NCBI GenBank assembly: GCA_021513695.1
Contig: CP084166.1
Span: forward strand, 2,400,001 to 2,464,000
Reading direction: 5' to 3'
Origin: Candidatus Heimdallarchaeum aukensis
Lineage (GTDB): Archaea; Asgardarchaeota; Heimdallarchaeia; Heimdallarchaeales; Heimdallarchaeaceae
Length of the DNA stretch: 64,000 nucleotides
Positions 11,691-21,257 of the stretch are shown here, piece by piece. Under the pieces are notes generated by a model. That model saw only the letters and a list, made by a program, of their open reading frames with translations. It ran no database searches and had not been told where the DNA came from. Positions within the stretch are counted from its first letter, which is position 1. Every line of letters starts with the position of its first letter. The position numbers were made by a program, and so were the translations under genes.

Positions 11691-12568
11691 TGAAAGATAT
11701 TGCCCAAGTTGTTGAAGATACTGCTTTTGAATTACTCAAAGTTGCAGCAACCAAATTACCAAGTGAGGTTAAAGAAGCTCTAGTAAAAGGAAAAAATGAG
11801 ACAAAAGGGAGCCTAGGAAAGGCACAATTGAGTGCAATTGTAGAAAATGTTGAGCTTGCTGAAACAAATATCAAGCCAATGTGCCAAGATACAGGTCTGG
11901 TAGCTTTTTTTGTTAAAATAGGTGATAAATTTCCATTAAGATCAGAAGTTAAAGAAATTCTAAAGAAAGCAACTGAAAGAGCAACAAAGGAAGTTCCCCT
12001 TAGACCTAATGCTGTGGATATGTTTGAAGGAAATACAAAAACAAACATAGGATTAAGAGGGTATGTTCCTTGGTTTTATTTTGATCTAGCTGAAGGCGAT
12101 AAACTTGAGATTATAGCTATGCCTAAAGGTGGAGGGAGTAGTAATGTTGGTAAAATGAAAATGATCCCTCCAGGAAAAGGAATAAAAGGTGTGAAAGAAT
12201 TTGTTGTAGAAGCTTTAGCTGCAGCAGGACCTCTCGCTTGTCCTCCTTATACTGTAGGTGTAGGAGTTGGTGGAGGAGAAGATATGTGTATGAATCTAGC
12301 TAAAAAAGCTCTTCTTCGCCCCCTTTATCACTATCACGAAGATGAACGAATAGCAGCTATTGAAAAAGAATTACTTCAAACTCTTAACCAATTAGAGATA
12401 GGAGCTATGGGACTAGGTGAAGGACCATCTGTTCTAGATGTTCATATGGAATTTGCTGCACGTCATCCAGCCAGTTTGCCTGTTGGTGTCGTTATTTCTT
12501 GTTGGGCTTTAAGACATGCTGGAGCAACAATTGACAAAGATGGAAATGTTGAATATCATCCTCATTAG
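11690..12568 (+). CDS. fumA: class I fumarate hydratase / tartrate dehydratase alpha subunit (Fe-S cluster domain)
   Basis: 292 aa. Conserved MCQDTG motif (cluster Cys), CPPY and further Cys residues. Translationally coupled to the beta subunit gene. Confidence 0.85.
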   Translation: MKDIAQVVEDTAFELLKVAATKLPSEVKEALVKGKNETKGSLGKAQLSAIVENVELAETNIKPMCQDTGLVAFFVKIGDKFPLRSEVKEILKKATERATKEVPLRPNAVDMFEGNTKTNIGLRGYVPWFYFDLAEGDKLEIIAMPKGGGSSNVGKMKMIPPGKGIKGVKEFVVEALAAAGPLACPPYTVGVGVGGGEDMCMNLAKKALLRPLYHYHEDERIAAIEKELLQTLNQLEIGAMGLGEGPSVLDVHMEFAARHPASLPVGVVISCWALRHAGATIDKDGNVEYHPH

Positions 12569-12597
12569 GATATCTCTTTTTCTTTCTTTTCTATTTT

Positions 12598-14271
12598 TTA
12601 ATTTGCACAACAGGACAATTTTTCAACATCTTTATCAAGAGCTAATATTGCCAATTTTATTGCTTCAACTTGAACTAGATAGGGGAAAAACTCTGTTGTA
12701 ATATCAGTTAAAGTCACTCCATATTTTTTCCCGAAACTAATAATTAAAGAGGCTGTTTGAATAATTTCTCCTGCATTAACAGTAATGATATGTGCACCGA
12801 TTAAGTAATCTGTTTCCTTATCTGCTATCAATTTTACAAATCCTCGAGTATCAAAGGAAGTAAGAGCATGTGGAACATATTTCATGGGTAAAAGGCTAGT
12901 TTTTACTTTGTATCCTTGATCGATAGCTTGTTTTTCAGTTAATCCAACAGTAGCGATTTGTGGGTCGGTAAAAATAACTGAGGGAAGTGTAGATAAATCA
13001 ATTTTTTTAATATTCCCTTTCACTGCATTTTCTGCTGCAATACCTCCCGAAGCAGCAGCAACATAAACAAATTTAGGTAAAGTAGTTACATCTCCTGCAG
13101 CATAGATATTATCAATATTAGTTTGCAAGTGATTATTAACAACAATAAAACCATCCTTGTCAGTCTTTAAACCAATATTTTTCAATCCAAGTTCTTTAGT
13201 GTTGGGTGTCCTTCCAAGAGCTACCATTATCTCCTCTGCTTTAAATTCTCTTTTTTTTCCGTTAATTTTTGCAATTATACTCTTTTCTTCTTTTTGTTGA
13301 TAAGCATCAACAATCTTAACACTAGTAAAGATTCTCAAACCTTCTTTCTTTAAAATCTCTGTTATCTCATGAGATAATTCTGGTTCGTGAACTGGGATTA
13401 TAGTAGAACTTCTTTGAAGTATTGTTACTTTAACTCCCAACCGATGAAACATCTGTCCTAATTCTAAAGCAATTGCTCGTCCACCTAAGATAATTAAGGA
13501 TTTGGGAAGAGATTTCAGTTGCATTGCAGTTGTGCTTGTAAGAACATCAACTCCTTTTTTTTCTAAAATAGAGAGATTTTTCGGTTTTGCTCCAGTTGCG
13601 ATAATTATTTTTTCTACTTTAATTATATGTTTATTATCAATTTTTATACTATTTTTTCCTATAATCTCTGCTTTTCCTTGTATAAGCTTTATTCTTTCTT
13701 TGTAGCTGTTTAGAACATTAATATATTTGTCTTTCCTTAATTCGTTAATTAGTGCATTTTTTTGTGAAATAACTTTCTGCCAATTAAATTCTTTAATATC
13801 TGCTGTTAATCCTTGAATAGGGTTATATTGTAATTTATGCTTAAATCCTGCAACCTTAATGAGAGTCTTTGAAGGCACACAACCTATATTTACACATGTT
13901 CCTCCTATCGTTCCTTTTTCGATAATAACAACATTTTTACCCAATTCTGCAGTTTTAATAGCTGCAGCTACTCCTGCGCCTCCAGTACCAATTACAGCGA
14001 TATCAAAATCAGCATTTCTTACCTTATTGATTTCATCTGAAAAAATCTTTACTCTCTTAATTTTTTTGAGCTTATATCCGATGTTTTCAATTGATGTTTT
14101 TATTGTTTCATCATTAATGATTTTTGAAGTAATAACTTCGGCTTTTCCTTCTTCCCATTTGGAAACATGAACATTATTTATACCATCCAATTTAGATAAA
14201 GCCTTTTTTACATGTAATTCACATGATGCACAGGACATTCCTTGTATTTCTAATTCGATCTTTTCTTCCAT
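12598..14271 (-). CDS. merA: mercuric reductase MerA with N-terminal heavy-metal-associated (HMA) domain
   Basis: N-terminal GMSCASCELHVKKAL (GMxCxxC HMA motif). Redox-active disulfide GGTCVNIGCVPSK. FAD/NAD(P) Rossmann motifs VIGTGGAGVAAA and IILGGRAIALE. C-terminal vicinal Cys pair ...LSCCAN, characteristic of MerA. Confidence 0.88.
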   Translation of the reverse strand: MEEKIELEIQGMSCASCELHVKKALSKLDGINNVHVSKWEEGKAEVITSKIINDETIKTSIENIGYKLKKIKRVKIFSDEINKVRNADFDIAVIGTGGAGVAAAIKTAELGKNVVIIEKGTIGGTCVNIGCVPSKTLIKVAGFKHKLQYNPIQGLTADIKEFNWQKVISQKNALINELRKDKYINVLNSYKERIKLIQGKAEIIGKNSIKIDNKHIIKVEKIIIATGAKPKNLSILEKKGVDVLTSTTAMQLKSLPKSLIILGGRAIALELGQMFHRLGVKVTILQRSSTIIPVHEPELSHEITEILKKEGLRIFTSVKIVDAYQQKEEKSIIAKINGKKREFKAEEIMVALGRTPNTKELGLKNIGLKTDKDGFIVVNNHLQTNIDNIYAAGDVTTLPKFVYVAAASGGIAAENAVKGNIKKIDLSTLPSVIFTDPQIATVGLTEKQAIDQGYKVKTSLLPMKYVPHALTSFDTRGFVKLIADKETDYLIGAHIITVNAGEIIQTASLIISFGKKYGVTLTDITTEFFPYLVQVEAIKLAILALDKDVEKLSCCAN

Positions 14272-14400
14272 TTAACTCAGTAGTACAGATGATGATAGGT
14301 TAATAATATGTATGCTTTAAATTTTAAAGTTTGAAAAGGAGCTATTTTTTATTTCAGATGAATTAGAAATGTTTATATCATAATAATCCAAATTTAGCTT

Positions 14401-15327
14401 ATGAATAATGAAGAAATTAGAGAAATTACTCCTGAAGATGTTGACGAAGGAAGAGAACAAAGTGTCAGAGAAAAAAGAAAAAAAGAAAAAAATCTAAATA
14501 AAAATGAAACTGAAGAAGATAAAGAAGCACAAAGATTAATTGAAGAAAAAAAACTTAGAAAGACTGTTTACAAAAAAATCATCGTCGATTTAAGGGGAAC
14601 AAAATTTCATGCCGATGAATGGGGCATAAGGCTTGACCAACAAAGGCAATCTAAATCAAGACAATGGACAAAAGATATGGATACAATTGGTGACGTTAAG
14701 ATTAACGATAAACCTTGGGGAAAATTAGGTATAAGAGAAGAAAAATGGAAAACAGTTGATCCACTAAAAAAACGTTTTGTGATGAAACTCTTTACTAATA
14801 GTTTTTACTGGAGAGGAACAATAGAGTTTCTTCAGGGAGAAAGCGTATTATTATCTTATGTCACAAATGAAAACTGTCCTGTATATATGTGTAATATTAG
14901 TACTAGTTTAAATTTAGTGCGTATTAGACGTCTCCCTCATAAACCTAGATTTAGGGGAGAAGTATTTGGTTTTGATATTGTAGATGATGATGGAATACAC
15001 AATGTGTTTATGATTGATGACAAAAGGTTTACACTAGGTTCTGATTGGTATGTCAGAGATGTTCATAATAATGTTGTGGCCATTATAAATGGAAAATTCT
15101 TTAATGTAGGTGGGAGATACGATATTGAAATATATGACAAAAAACTTGCCTCAAATAAAGAATTTTTCTATGTATTGATACTTTTTGCTTCTACATTGCG
15201 TTGGCATAAAGACATAAAAAAGCTCCTAAAGAAAGTGTTGTACGAAATAAGGAAAAAGAATCAAACCTTAAAGTTGCAAGAGAGCGAGGCAGACTTGTAT
15301 CTGAACCCAAGAAAAATGAACTATTAA
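14401..15327 (+). CDS. hypothetical protein; K/E-rich N-terminal region plus C-terminal beta-rich domain (possible LURP1/tubby-like fold)
   Basis: 308 aa. C-terminal half has alternating hydrophobic strands with GxDxxV/I patterns (FGFDIVDDDGIHNVFMID.., VAIINGKFFNVGGRYDIEIYD). Fold assignment is a guess. Confidence 0.45.
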   Translation: MNNEEIREITPEDVDEGREQSVREKRKKEKNLNKNETEEDKEAQRLIEEKKLRKTVYKKIIVDLRGTKFHADEWGIRLDQQRQSKSRQWTKDMDTIGDVKINDKPWGKLGIREEKWKTVDPLKKRFVMKLFTNSFYWRGTIEFLQGESVLLSYVTNENCPVYMCNISTSLNLVRIRRLPHKPRFRGEVFGFDIVDDDGIHNVFMIDDKRFTLGSDWYVRDVHNNVVAIINGKFFNVGGRYDIEIYDKKLASNKEFFYVLILFASTLRWHKDIKKLLKKVLYEIRKKNQTLKLQESEADLYLNPRKMNY

Positions 15328-15344
15328 TTTTTTATATCTTCTTT

Positions 15345-16100
15345 CTATTCTATTTTTCTAAGCTCTTTTTCCAATTCTGGAAGAGTATGTTGAACATTTC
15401 CTTGGACAAAATATTGTATCGTGTTCATATTAGATATAGCAGTATAGTTAAATAAAACACGAGTAGCTTTCTTGTTCTCAAAAAAGATATATGAAGCAGG
15501 GTAAACCTCCAGACTCGTACCTACTGCAATTAGTAGGTCACACTTTCTTGAAATATCAATGGCAGCAGTGTATACATCCTGAGGAAGATATTCACCAAAA
15601 AGAATAACTTCTGGTTTTAGTGGATTGTTGCATTTTGGGCATTGTGGAAAAGGTTTTTCACTAAGATGTTTCTCTTCATTAACAAGCTCCTCGTATTGAC
15701 ACCAAAGACAGTGTAACTTTCTTGTTGTTCCATGTATCTCAAAAACATTTTTTGTATCTGCTTTCTGATGTAAGGTGTCAATATTTTGCGTAGCGACAAA
15801 AACTTTTTCTTCACCAAGAATTTTTTGTATATTAGATATTGCATAATGTGCTTCGTTGGGTTCTGCAGATTTGATAATAGAAAAAACTTCTAAAAAGAAT
15901 TTCCAGACTTTTTCAGGATTCTTTTTAAAAGCAGTTATCGTAGCATATTCGTTAGGGTCAAATTTTTGCCATATCCCGTTAGTAGAACGAAAATCAGGTA
16001 TCCCACTAGGGGTACTAATACCAGCACCAGTAAAGAAAAGTATTTTTTTGGCCTTTTTTGCTAATCTAGCTATATCACTAATGTCTTCTACATCATTCAT
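15345..16100 (-). CDS. cobB: NAD-dependent protein deacylase, Sir2 family
   Basis: GAGISTPSGIPDFR, TQNIDTLH, HG catalytic His, and zinc-binding CLWC...CPKC tetrad. Confidence 0.9.
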   Translation of the reverse strand: MNDVEDISDIARLAKKAKKILFFTGAGISTPSGIPDFRSTNGIWQKFDPNEYATITAFKKNPEKVWKFFLEVFSIIKSAEPNEAHYAISNIQKILGEEKVFVATQNIDTLHQKADTKNVFEIHGTTRKLHCLWCQYEELVNEEKHLSEKPFPQCPKCNNPLKPEVILFGEYLPQDVYTAAIDISRKCDLLIAVGTSLEVYPASYIFFENKKATRVLFNYTAISNMNTIQYFVQGNVQHTLPELEKELRKIE

Positions 16101-16199
16101 TAAGTGATATTATCTCTATAGGTAAAAAATATTCTTACACTTTTTGAAGAGAGTTTTAACAACAAACCAATTTAGAGCTTACTCTCTCTTTATCTTTTA

Positions 16200-16460
16200 C
16201 TATTTTTTAATAGACGTTGTAAGTAGCTGCTTGTAGAGTTTTCTATCTAATAACTCTCCTCCAACACTTAAGTAATTTGAAATAAGCTTATCACTTATTT
16301 TCTTGCTTATACCTGTTTCTTCTACAAATTTTTTAGATAAAAATTTAGTTACAATCCTTTTTCTTCTATCCATCGTTCTGAAGTACCAGAATAATTTAAT
16401 TTTGACAATTATAAAGAAAAAAAGAGCCAAAGGTGCATCTATTATTTTTTTTATTCTCAT
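16200..16460 (-). CDS. hypothetical small membrane-associated protein
   Basis: 86-aa ORF with one hydrophobic helix. Abuts 16461..16790 (stop/start adjacent). Confidence 0.3.
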   Translation of the reverse strand: MRIKKIIDAPLALFFFIIVKIKLFWYFRTMDRRKRIVTKFLSKKFVEETGISKKISDKLISNYLSVGGELLDRKLYKQLLTTSIKK

Positions 16461-16790
16461 CTATTCACCTTTGCCATTCTTTAAGAATGAGATCATCTTA
16501 TTCAAATTTCCAGAGAATTCTAAAACTATTTTCTCCACTGTTTCTTTTGATATTCCTTCATCTAATAGTTTTTGATAAACTCTAATTACTGCATCAGCAT
16601 AATTTTCAGCTACATCTACATTATATATGGAACCTAATAACTGTTCAACTATTGTTCCTATTTCACCTGAAAGAACTTTTAAGAACTCCTTAGTTTGGGT
16701 TTTGTCGTCAATGCTTATTTTTTCTTTATCTAGTGCATAATCATTAATGTGGCTTTTTCCATTAGTTGAAGAGTTTCGTTCTTTCGTCAT
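16461..16790 (-). CDS. hypothetical protein
   Basis: 109-aa ORF with non-repetitive composition, in an operon-like arrangement with 16200..16460. Confidence 0.35.
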   Translation of the reverse strand: MTKERNSSTNGKSHINDYALDKEKISIDDKTQTKEFLKVLSGEIGTIVEQLLGSIYNVDVAENYADAVIRVYQKLLDEGISKETVEKIVLEFSGNLNKMISFLKNGKGE

Positions 16791-16983
16791 TAAATCACAC
16801 TCTACGATTACATCGAGTTTTCATTTAAAACCTTTTCCTAAGTCCTTTATTTCTACAAAAACATTGTTTATAAAATAAATAAAGATAAATTTACATACCT
16901 TCTCAATAAAAATTACTCCGTTTCTAAATTAAGATTCTGACAAAATTAAAATAAAAAGAATTAGAAAGATGTAATGCGCCAAT

Positions 16984-17658
16984 TTACTGTGCTTCTTGGG
17001 GAACAGATACTTGTTTTTCTGCTTTAGATAATTGAATTGTTCCATAGATGAAACGTTGGATAACTGTTATGACACATAAACCTGTAAGAATCATGTAACC
17101 AATATAGAAGTATGTTCCGTGAGAAAAATTACCTATAGTGAAGAATGGGTTATCCTTAAAAGTTGGAATAAACAGGGAGATCACCATCAAGAAGAACAAG
17201 AATAGCAGCCTTTCACTTCTCTCCATCAAACCAACAGCCATTTTTTCTATTCCTATACTTTCACCTTTTGCACGAATATAGCTTATAAGTAAAGTAGAAG
17301 TAACCATTATTATACCTGTTACTAGATCTACATGAATGCTAAGTGCAACTCCTCCAAAAATTGCCAAGTCACTTATTCTATCTACAATGCTATCTAGAAA
17401 ACCACCTTTTCTTGTTGCGAGCCCTCTGTATCTAGCAACTCCTCCATCCAAGAAGTCCATAGCTGCACCAAACATGAGTAAAATTACAGCTGTAAGAAAA
17501 TTGTCTAAATAAATGAATACACCTGCAGCAATAGACAATAATACTCCTAAATAAGTGAAGACGTTAGGGTGGATTCCTAGTTTTCCAAAAAAAACAACAA
17601 TTGGCATTAGTATTTTAGTAACAGGTTCTCGTATTTGACTTGATACCATAATCTTCAT
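16984..17658 (-). CDS. CDP-alcohol phosphatidyltransferase family protein (archaetidyl-inositol-phosphate / -serine synthase-like)
   Basis: Full family motif DFLDGGVARYRGLATRKGGFLDSIVDRISD (D-x2-DG-x2-AR-x8-G-x3-D-x3-D) with flanking TM helices. Confidence 0.85.
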   Translation of the reverse strand: MKIMVSSQIREPVTKILMPIVVFFGKLGIHPNVFTYLGVLLSIAAGVFIYLDNFLTAVILLMFGAAMDFLDGGVARYRGLATRKGGFLDSIVDRISDLAIFGGVALSIHVDLVTGIIMVTSTLLISYIRAKGESIGIEKMAVGLMERSERLLFLFFLMVISLFIPTFKDNPFFTIGNFSHGTYFYIGYMILTGLCVITVIQRFIYGTIQLSKAEKQVSVPQEAQ

Positions 17659-17785
17659 ATTTCGTTAAGGAGAGTAGCAATTTAAACTTATCGCAACAAA
17701 ACATTATGCTTTTTTTTCTGTCTGTAATACACAATATTACATAACTACTAATATTTGCCGACAAAAATAATACTAGGGGAAAAAG

Positions 17786-18151
17786 ATGAGAGAAGAGTTA
17801 ACTGATTCAGAGATAAGTAGCTTCTTACAAAGATATGGAAAAGTTCGTTCTTTATCTTTGCCTAAGCAGAAGCTTAGTAGCAACATTTTACCTTATGAGG
17901 TAGAAAATGAAAATCAAAAATTTGCAGTTTTTGTGTATAATTGGAAAAAAAGTATAGGTACAGATGTACTTATAAGACTAGAAGACAAGGTTGCTGATTT
18001 GGGAAAGAAATATGATGGTATCATAGTTATCGGAAAAAAGTTCAGTGTAAATGCAAGAGATATTGTAGATGATATAAACAGAAGAGGAAAGAATCCTTTG
18101 ATTTTGATCCGGCGCTCTGAGATTTCTATGATCTTGGATTCAGCAAGATAA
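17786..18151 (+). CDS. hypothetical protein
   Basis: 121-aa ORF with good coding composition and no recognisable motif. Confidence 0.4.
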   Translation: MREELTDSEISSFLQRYGKVRSLSLPKQKLSSNILPYEVENENQKFAVFVYNWKKSIGTDVLIRLEDKVADLGKKYDGIIVIGKKFSVNARDIVDDINRRGKNPLILIRRSEISMILDSAR

Positions 18152-18186
18152 AAAATAATCTCTCTTAAAAAAGAAAGAGGAATTAT

Positions 18187-18474
18187 TTATTGTCTTTTCC
18201 TGAGCTCTAATCTCTCTTTGTCTCTTTTTTCCTCCACTTCATCTGAAGAATACTTTGTTTGTGTATATACTGATCTTTGCACAATAAGCATTATTCCTAA
18301 TCCTAATACTCCTAGTGAAATAAAGAATAGAATATCTGTTGCTGTTGCTTGAGAGATAATTAGTAAAACTACTCCCAGTGTTGCAGTAGAATAAGCCACA
18401 ATACTGTAAATCAAATTTTTTCTTTTCTTTTTTTCTTGTTCCTCTGAAATATCGTTTTTTCCTTTTGACTTCAT
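18187..18474 (-). CDS. hypothetical small membrane protein
   Basis: 95 aa with two hydrophobic helices and a charged C-terminus. Confidence 0.35.
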   Translation of the reverse strand: MKSKGKNDISEEQEKKKRKNLIYSIVAYSTATLGVVLLIISQATATDILFFISLGVLGLGIMLIVQRSVYTQTKYSSDEVEEKRDKERLELRKRQ

Positions 18475-18614
18475 TGTTTTTCAACTTTGTTCTAATTTTA
18501 AAAGTATTTCTTATTATATTCAAAAAAAATATTCGAAAAAATTCTACGTTTAAAGTGGGTATCTTCTTTCAAGAAAAATAAAATAGAAAGTTCAATAAAA
18601 AAAATGATTGACCA

Positions 18615-18995
18615 TTAAAAATCATAAACCCAATTTGTTTCGGGAATGTACAGCAAATTTAAGATAAGTGTCCATACTGCTATAGTTACAATAAAAAACT
18701 GAAAGATTGCAGAAGTATAAAATGATTTAGTTTTAAGTCCAGTATTTTTGTTTCTATAAATTAAAAACCAAACTGAAGATGTTAATAGAAATACTCCAAG
18801 TAATGTAAGTCCTGCTGGCCAGTTTCTAAAATTAGTTACACCAAAGATTATTCCTGTAACTATTCCCACTAAAACTTTTGAATAGTACATTTTATTTGTT
18901 AAAGGCATTTCTTTAATCTTTTCTAACCAGTTGACGGGATTCAAATTGTTTTTAACTTTATTCTTAATTTTGTTCATATCAATATTCAAACTCAT
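18615..18995 (-). CDS. hypothetical membrane protein
   Basis: 126 aa with 3 predicted TM helices. Confidence 0.4.
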   Translation of the reverse strand: MSLNIDMNKIKNKVKNNLNPVNWLEKIKEMPLTNKMYYSKVLVGIVTGIIFGVTNFRNWPAGLTLLGVFLLTSSVWFLIYRNKNTGLKTKSFYTSAIFQFFIVTIAVWTLILNLLYIPETNWVYDF

Positions 18996-19011
18996 TCACC
19001 CAGGTGTTAAT

Positions 19012-21027
19012 ATGAAATCATCATTAACTTCATTAGATATCAATTGTCTTGTTGAGGAACTGAGACCCGAAATTATCGGCAGTTGGCTCAATAACGTCTA
19101 TAACATTGGAGAGAAATTACTTATTTTAAAGTTTCGAAAGTCTAGCAAAATTAATTTTGAGCTTATTATTGAACTAGGAAAAAGGTTTCATATAACAAAA
19201 TATGCCCGAAGTAAACCACCTGCTCCGAACAACAAGGTAGCAATGATGCGTAAACATATAAAAGGACTTCCTGTTGATGATTTTTATCAAATTGGTTTAG
19301 ATAGAATTATAGTATTTGAGATAGCTTACAAAGATTCACATTATAAGCTAGTTATTGAGTTGTTTGGAGAGGGGAATTACATTCTAGTAGATCCTGCAAA
19401 CAGGATATTGGTTGCTCAAACATATAGAAAAATGCGAGATAGAGATATTCATCCCGGAAAAGAGTTTTTCTTACCTCCACAACAAGAAAAAGATATTCTT
19501 TCAATTAGTAAGGACGATATTCTGGAATCTCTATCAAGTAAAGAAGAAAAAATCATCCCACTTCTCAATAAACTTTTAGGGTTAGGCCCTAAATATTCAA
19601 AAAATATTCTGGATAAGGCAAAAATCAATAACAAGGTAACAACTGAGTTAACCACCAACGAAAAAGAGTCACTCATAAAAGAAATACTAGAATTAAAGAA
19701 AATAATAGAAGAAAAAAGATATTCTCCTGTTGAGTATTTTGATGGTGAAGAAGTTATTGATATATCGCCTATTCCAATAGAGAAGTATAATGATTTAGAA
19801 AAAAAAGAACTAGATTCATTTAATGATGCTCTAGATGACTTTTTCACTGAAAATGAAGAGACACCAGAGTTCGAGAAAACAGAAGGAAAAATAAAGAGTA
19901 CTCAGTCAAAACATGAAAAAATTCTCCAGAATCAAATTGAACATAAGAAAAAACTAGAATTACAAGAGGAGTTAGAAAGAAAAAAAGGTGATTTACTATA
20001 TGCTCACTTCTCATTAGTTGATGAATTGCTAAACACCATTATAAAAGCGAGGAAAAATAATGTTCCTTGGTCTGAAATAGAGAAAAAAATGGATGAAGCA
20101 AAAAAGAAGAATATTCCTGCAGCATTAATCTTACACAAGATCAACCCTAAAACAAAAGAAATATGGGTAAAATTGGAAGATTTAGAAACTGGAGAAAATG
20201 AAATAATTGTACTAGATTTCACTCTTTCTGTTGCCGATAATGCGAATAAATTTTATGAAAAAAGTAAGAAGGCAAGGAGAAAAATACCAGGGGCCATCCA
20301 AGCAATAGAACGAACAAAACAACAAATTGAGAAAATGAAAGAGAAAGGAGAGCAACTTCTTACTGAAAAAGAAACTAGAAAAATGGTTGAAAAACGTCCA
20401 AAACGATGGTTCGAAAAATTTCACTGGTTTTTATGCGATGACACTGTAATCGTTGGAGGAAAAGATGCTAAATCCAATGAAAGATTACTTAAAACTTATC
20501 TGGAAGACGATGATCTCTTTTTCCATGCAGATGTGCATGGAGCCCCTTATGTTATAGCTAAAGACGGTAGGAAAAAACTCTCTGATGAATGTGTTAAAGA
20601 AATAGCAGCTTTTGCTCTATCGTTCTCAAGTTTGTGGAAAGCAAAAAAATTAGTGGGCGATGTCTATTACGTAAATCCTGATCAAGTGAGCCTAAGTGCT
20701 CCTTCTGGACAATATCTGGCTAAAGGAAGTGTAATGATATATGGAGAAAAGAATTATGTTAAGAATGTGGAAGTCAATCATGTGTTGGGATTAATCATTC
20801 ATGAAAACTACGCTCAGGTAATTGGAGGACCTATGAGAAGTGTTGACAATAAAACTGACATGATAATAAGATTAAAACCTGGCGAAATTAGTAAAGGAAA
20901 AATAGCAAAAATAATAAAGCAAAAGTTTATTGAGATGTGTCCAGAAGAAGATAAGTACAAAGTTGAAGCTCTTGATATTAATGAAATAATGGACTTCATT
21001 CCTGGAGATTCAGAGATAATAGAATAA
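19012..21027 (+). CDS. NFACT-family protein (Rqc2/NEMF/Tae2/FbpA-like, ribosome quality control homolog)
   Basis: NFACT-N-like N-terminus (MKSSLTSLDINCLVEELRPEIIGSWLNNVY..). Long K/E coiled coil. NFACT-R (DUF814)-like FLCDDTVIVGGKDAKSNERLLKTYLEDDDLFFHADVHGAPYVIAK. Track start 18931 overlaps the upstream gene; ATG 19012 is in frame. Confidence 0.8.
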   Translation: MKSSLTSLDINCLVEELRPEIIGSWLNNVYNIGEKLLILKFRKSSKINFELIIELGKRFHITKYARSKPPAPNNKVAMMRKHIKGLPVDDFYQIGLDRIIVFEIAYKDSHYKLVIELFGEGNYILVDPANRILVAQTYRKMRDRDIHPGKEFFLPPQQEKDILSISKDDILESLSSKEEKIIPLLNKLLGLGPKYSKNILDKAKINNKVTTELTTNEKESLIKEILELKKIIEEKRYSPVEYFDGEEVIDISPIPIEKYNDLEKKELDSFNDALDDFFTENEETPEFEKTEGKIKSTQSKHEKILQNQIEHKKKLELQEELERKKGDLLYAHFSLVDELLNTIIKARKNNVPWSEIEKKMDEAKKKNIPAALILHKINPKTKEIWVKLEDLETGENEIIVLDFTLSVADNANKFYEKSKKARRKIPGAIQAIERTKQQIEKMKEKGEQLLTEKETRKMVEKRPKRWFEKFHWFLCDDTVIVGGKDAKSNERLLKTYLEDDDLFFHADVHGAPYVIAKDGRKKLSDECVKEIAAFALSFSSLWKAKKLVGDVYYVNPDQVSLSAPSGQYLAKGSVMIYGEKNYVKNVEVNHVLGLIIHENYAQVIGGPMRSVDNKTDMIIRLKPGEISKGKIAKIIKQKFIEMCPEEDKYKVEALDINEIMDFIPGDSEIIE

Positions 21028-21257
21028 ATAATTTCTAGAATTACATAAAAAGTGTTCAGAGAATTAGATTAGAATAATAATAATAACATTTCTATCAACT
21101 TCCTTCTCTTTTTTTATAATGTTTTTTTGATTTAATTTAGATTTTATGCATTAAGTCCTAAAACAAGTACAAAATATTGCTAAATATGTTTTAACTAAAA
21201 AACAGACAATATGTTGTAGATATTACATGAGATTAAAATTATTATTCGAATAATTAG

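Noticed and set aside
11650-14170. Antisense ORFs inside fumA (11650..12048) and merA (13502..13705, 13859..14170)
   Set aside because: Embedded in genes with strong catalytic motifs. Their translations are Ser/Phe/Leu-rich antisense artefacts.
16101-16200. Searched intergenic regions for rRNA fragments
   Set aside because: No extended GC-rich conserved rRNA-like stretches anywhere in the window.
19449-20424. Minus-strand ORFs within the NFACT gene (19449..19847, 20004..20222, 20212..20424)
   Set aside because: Antisense of a K/E-rich coiled-coil region. The sense frame has NFACT-N/R motifs.
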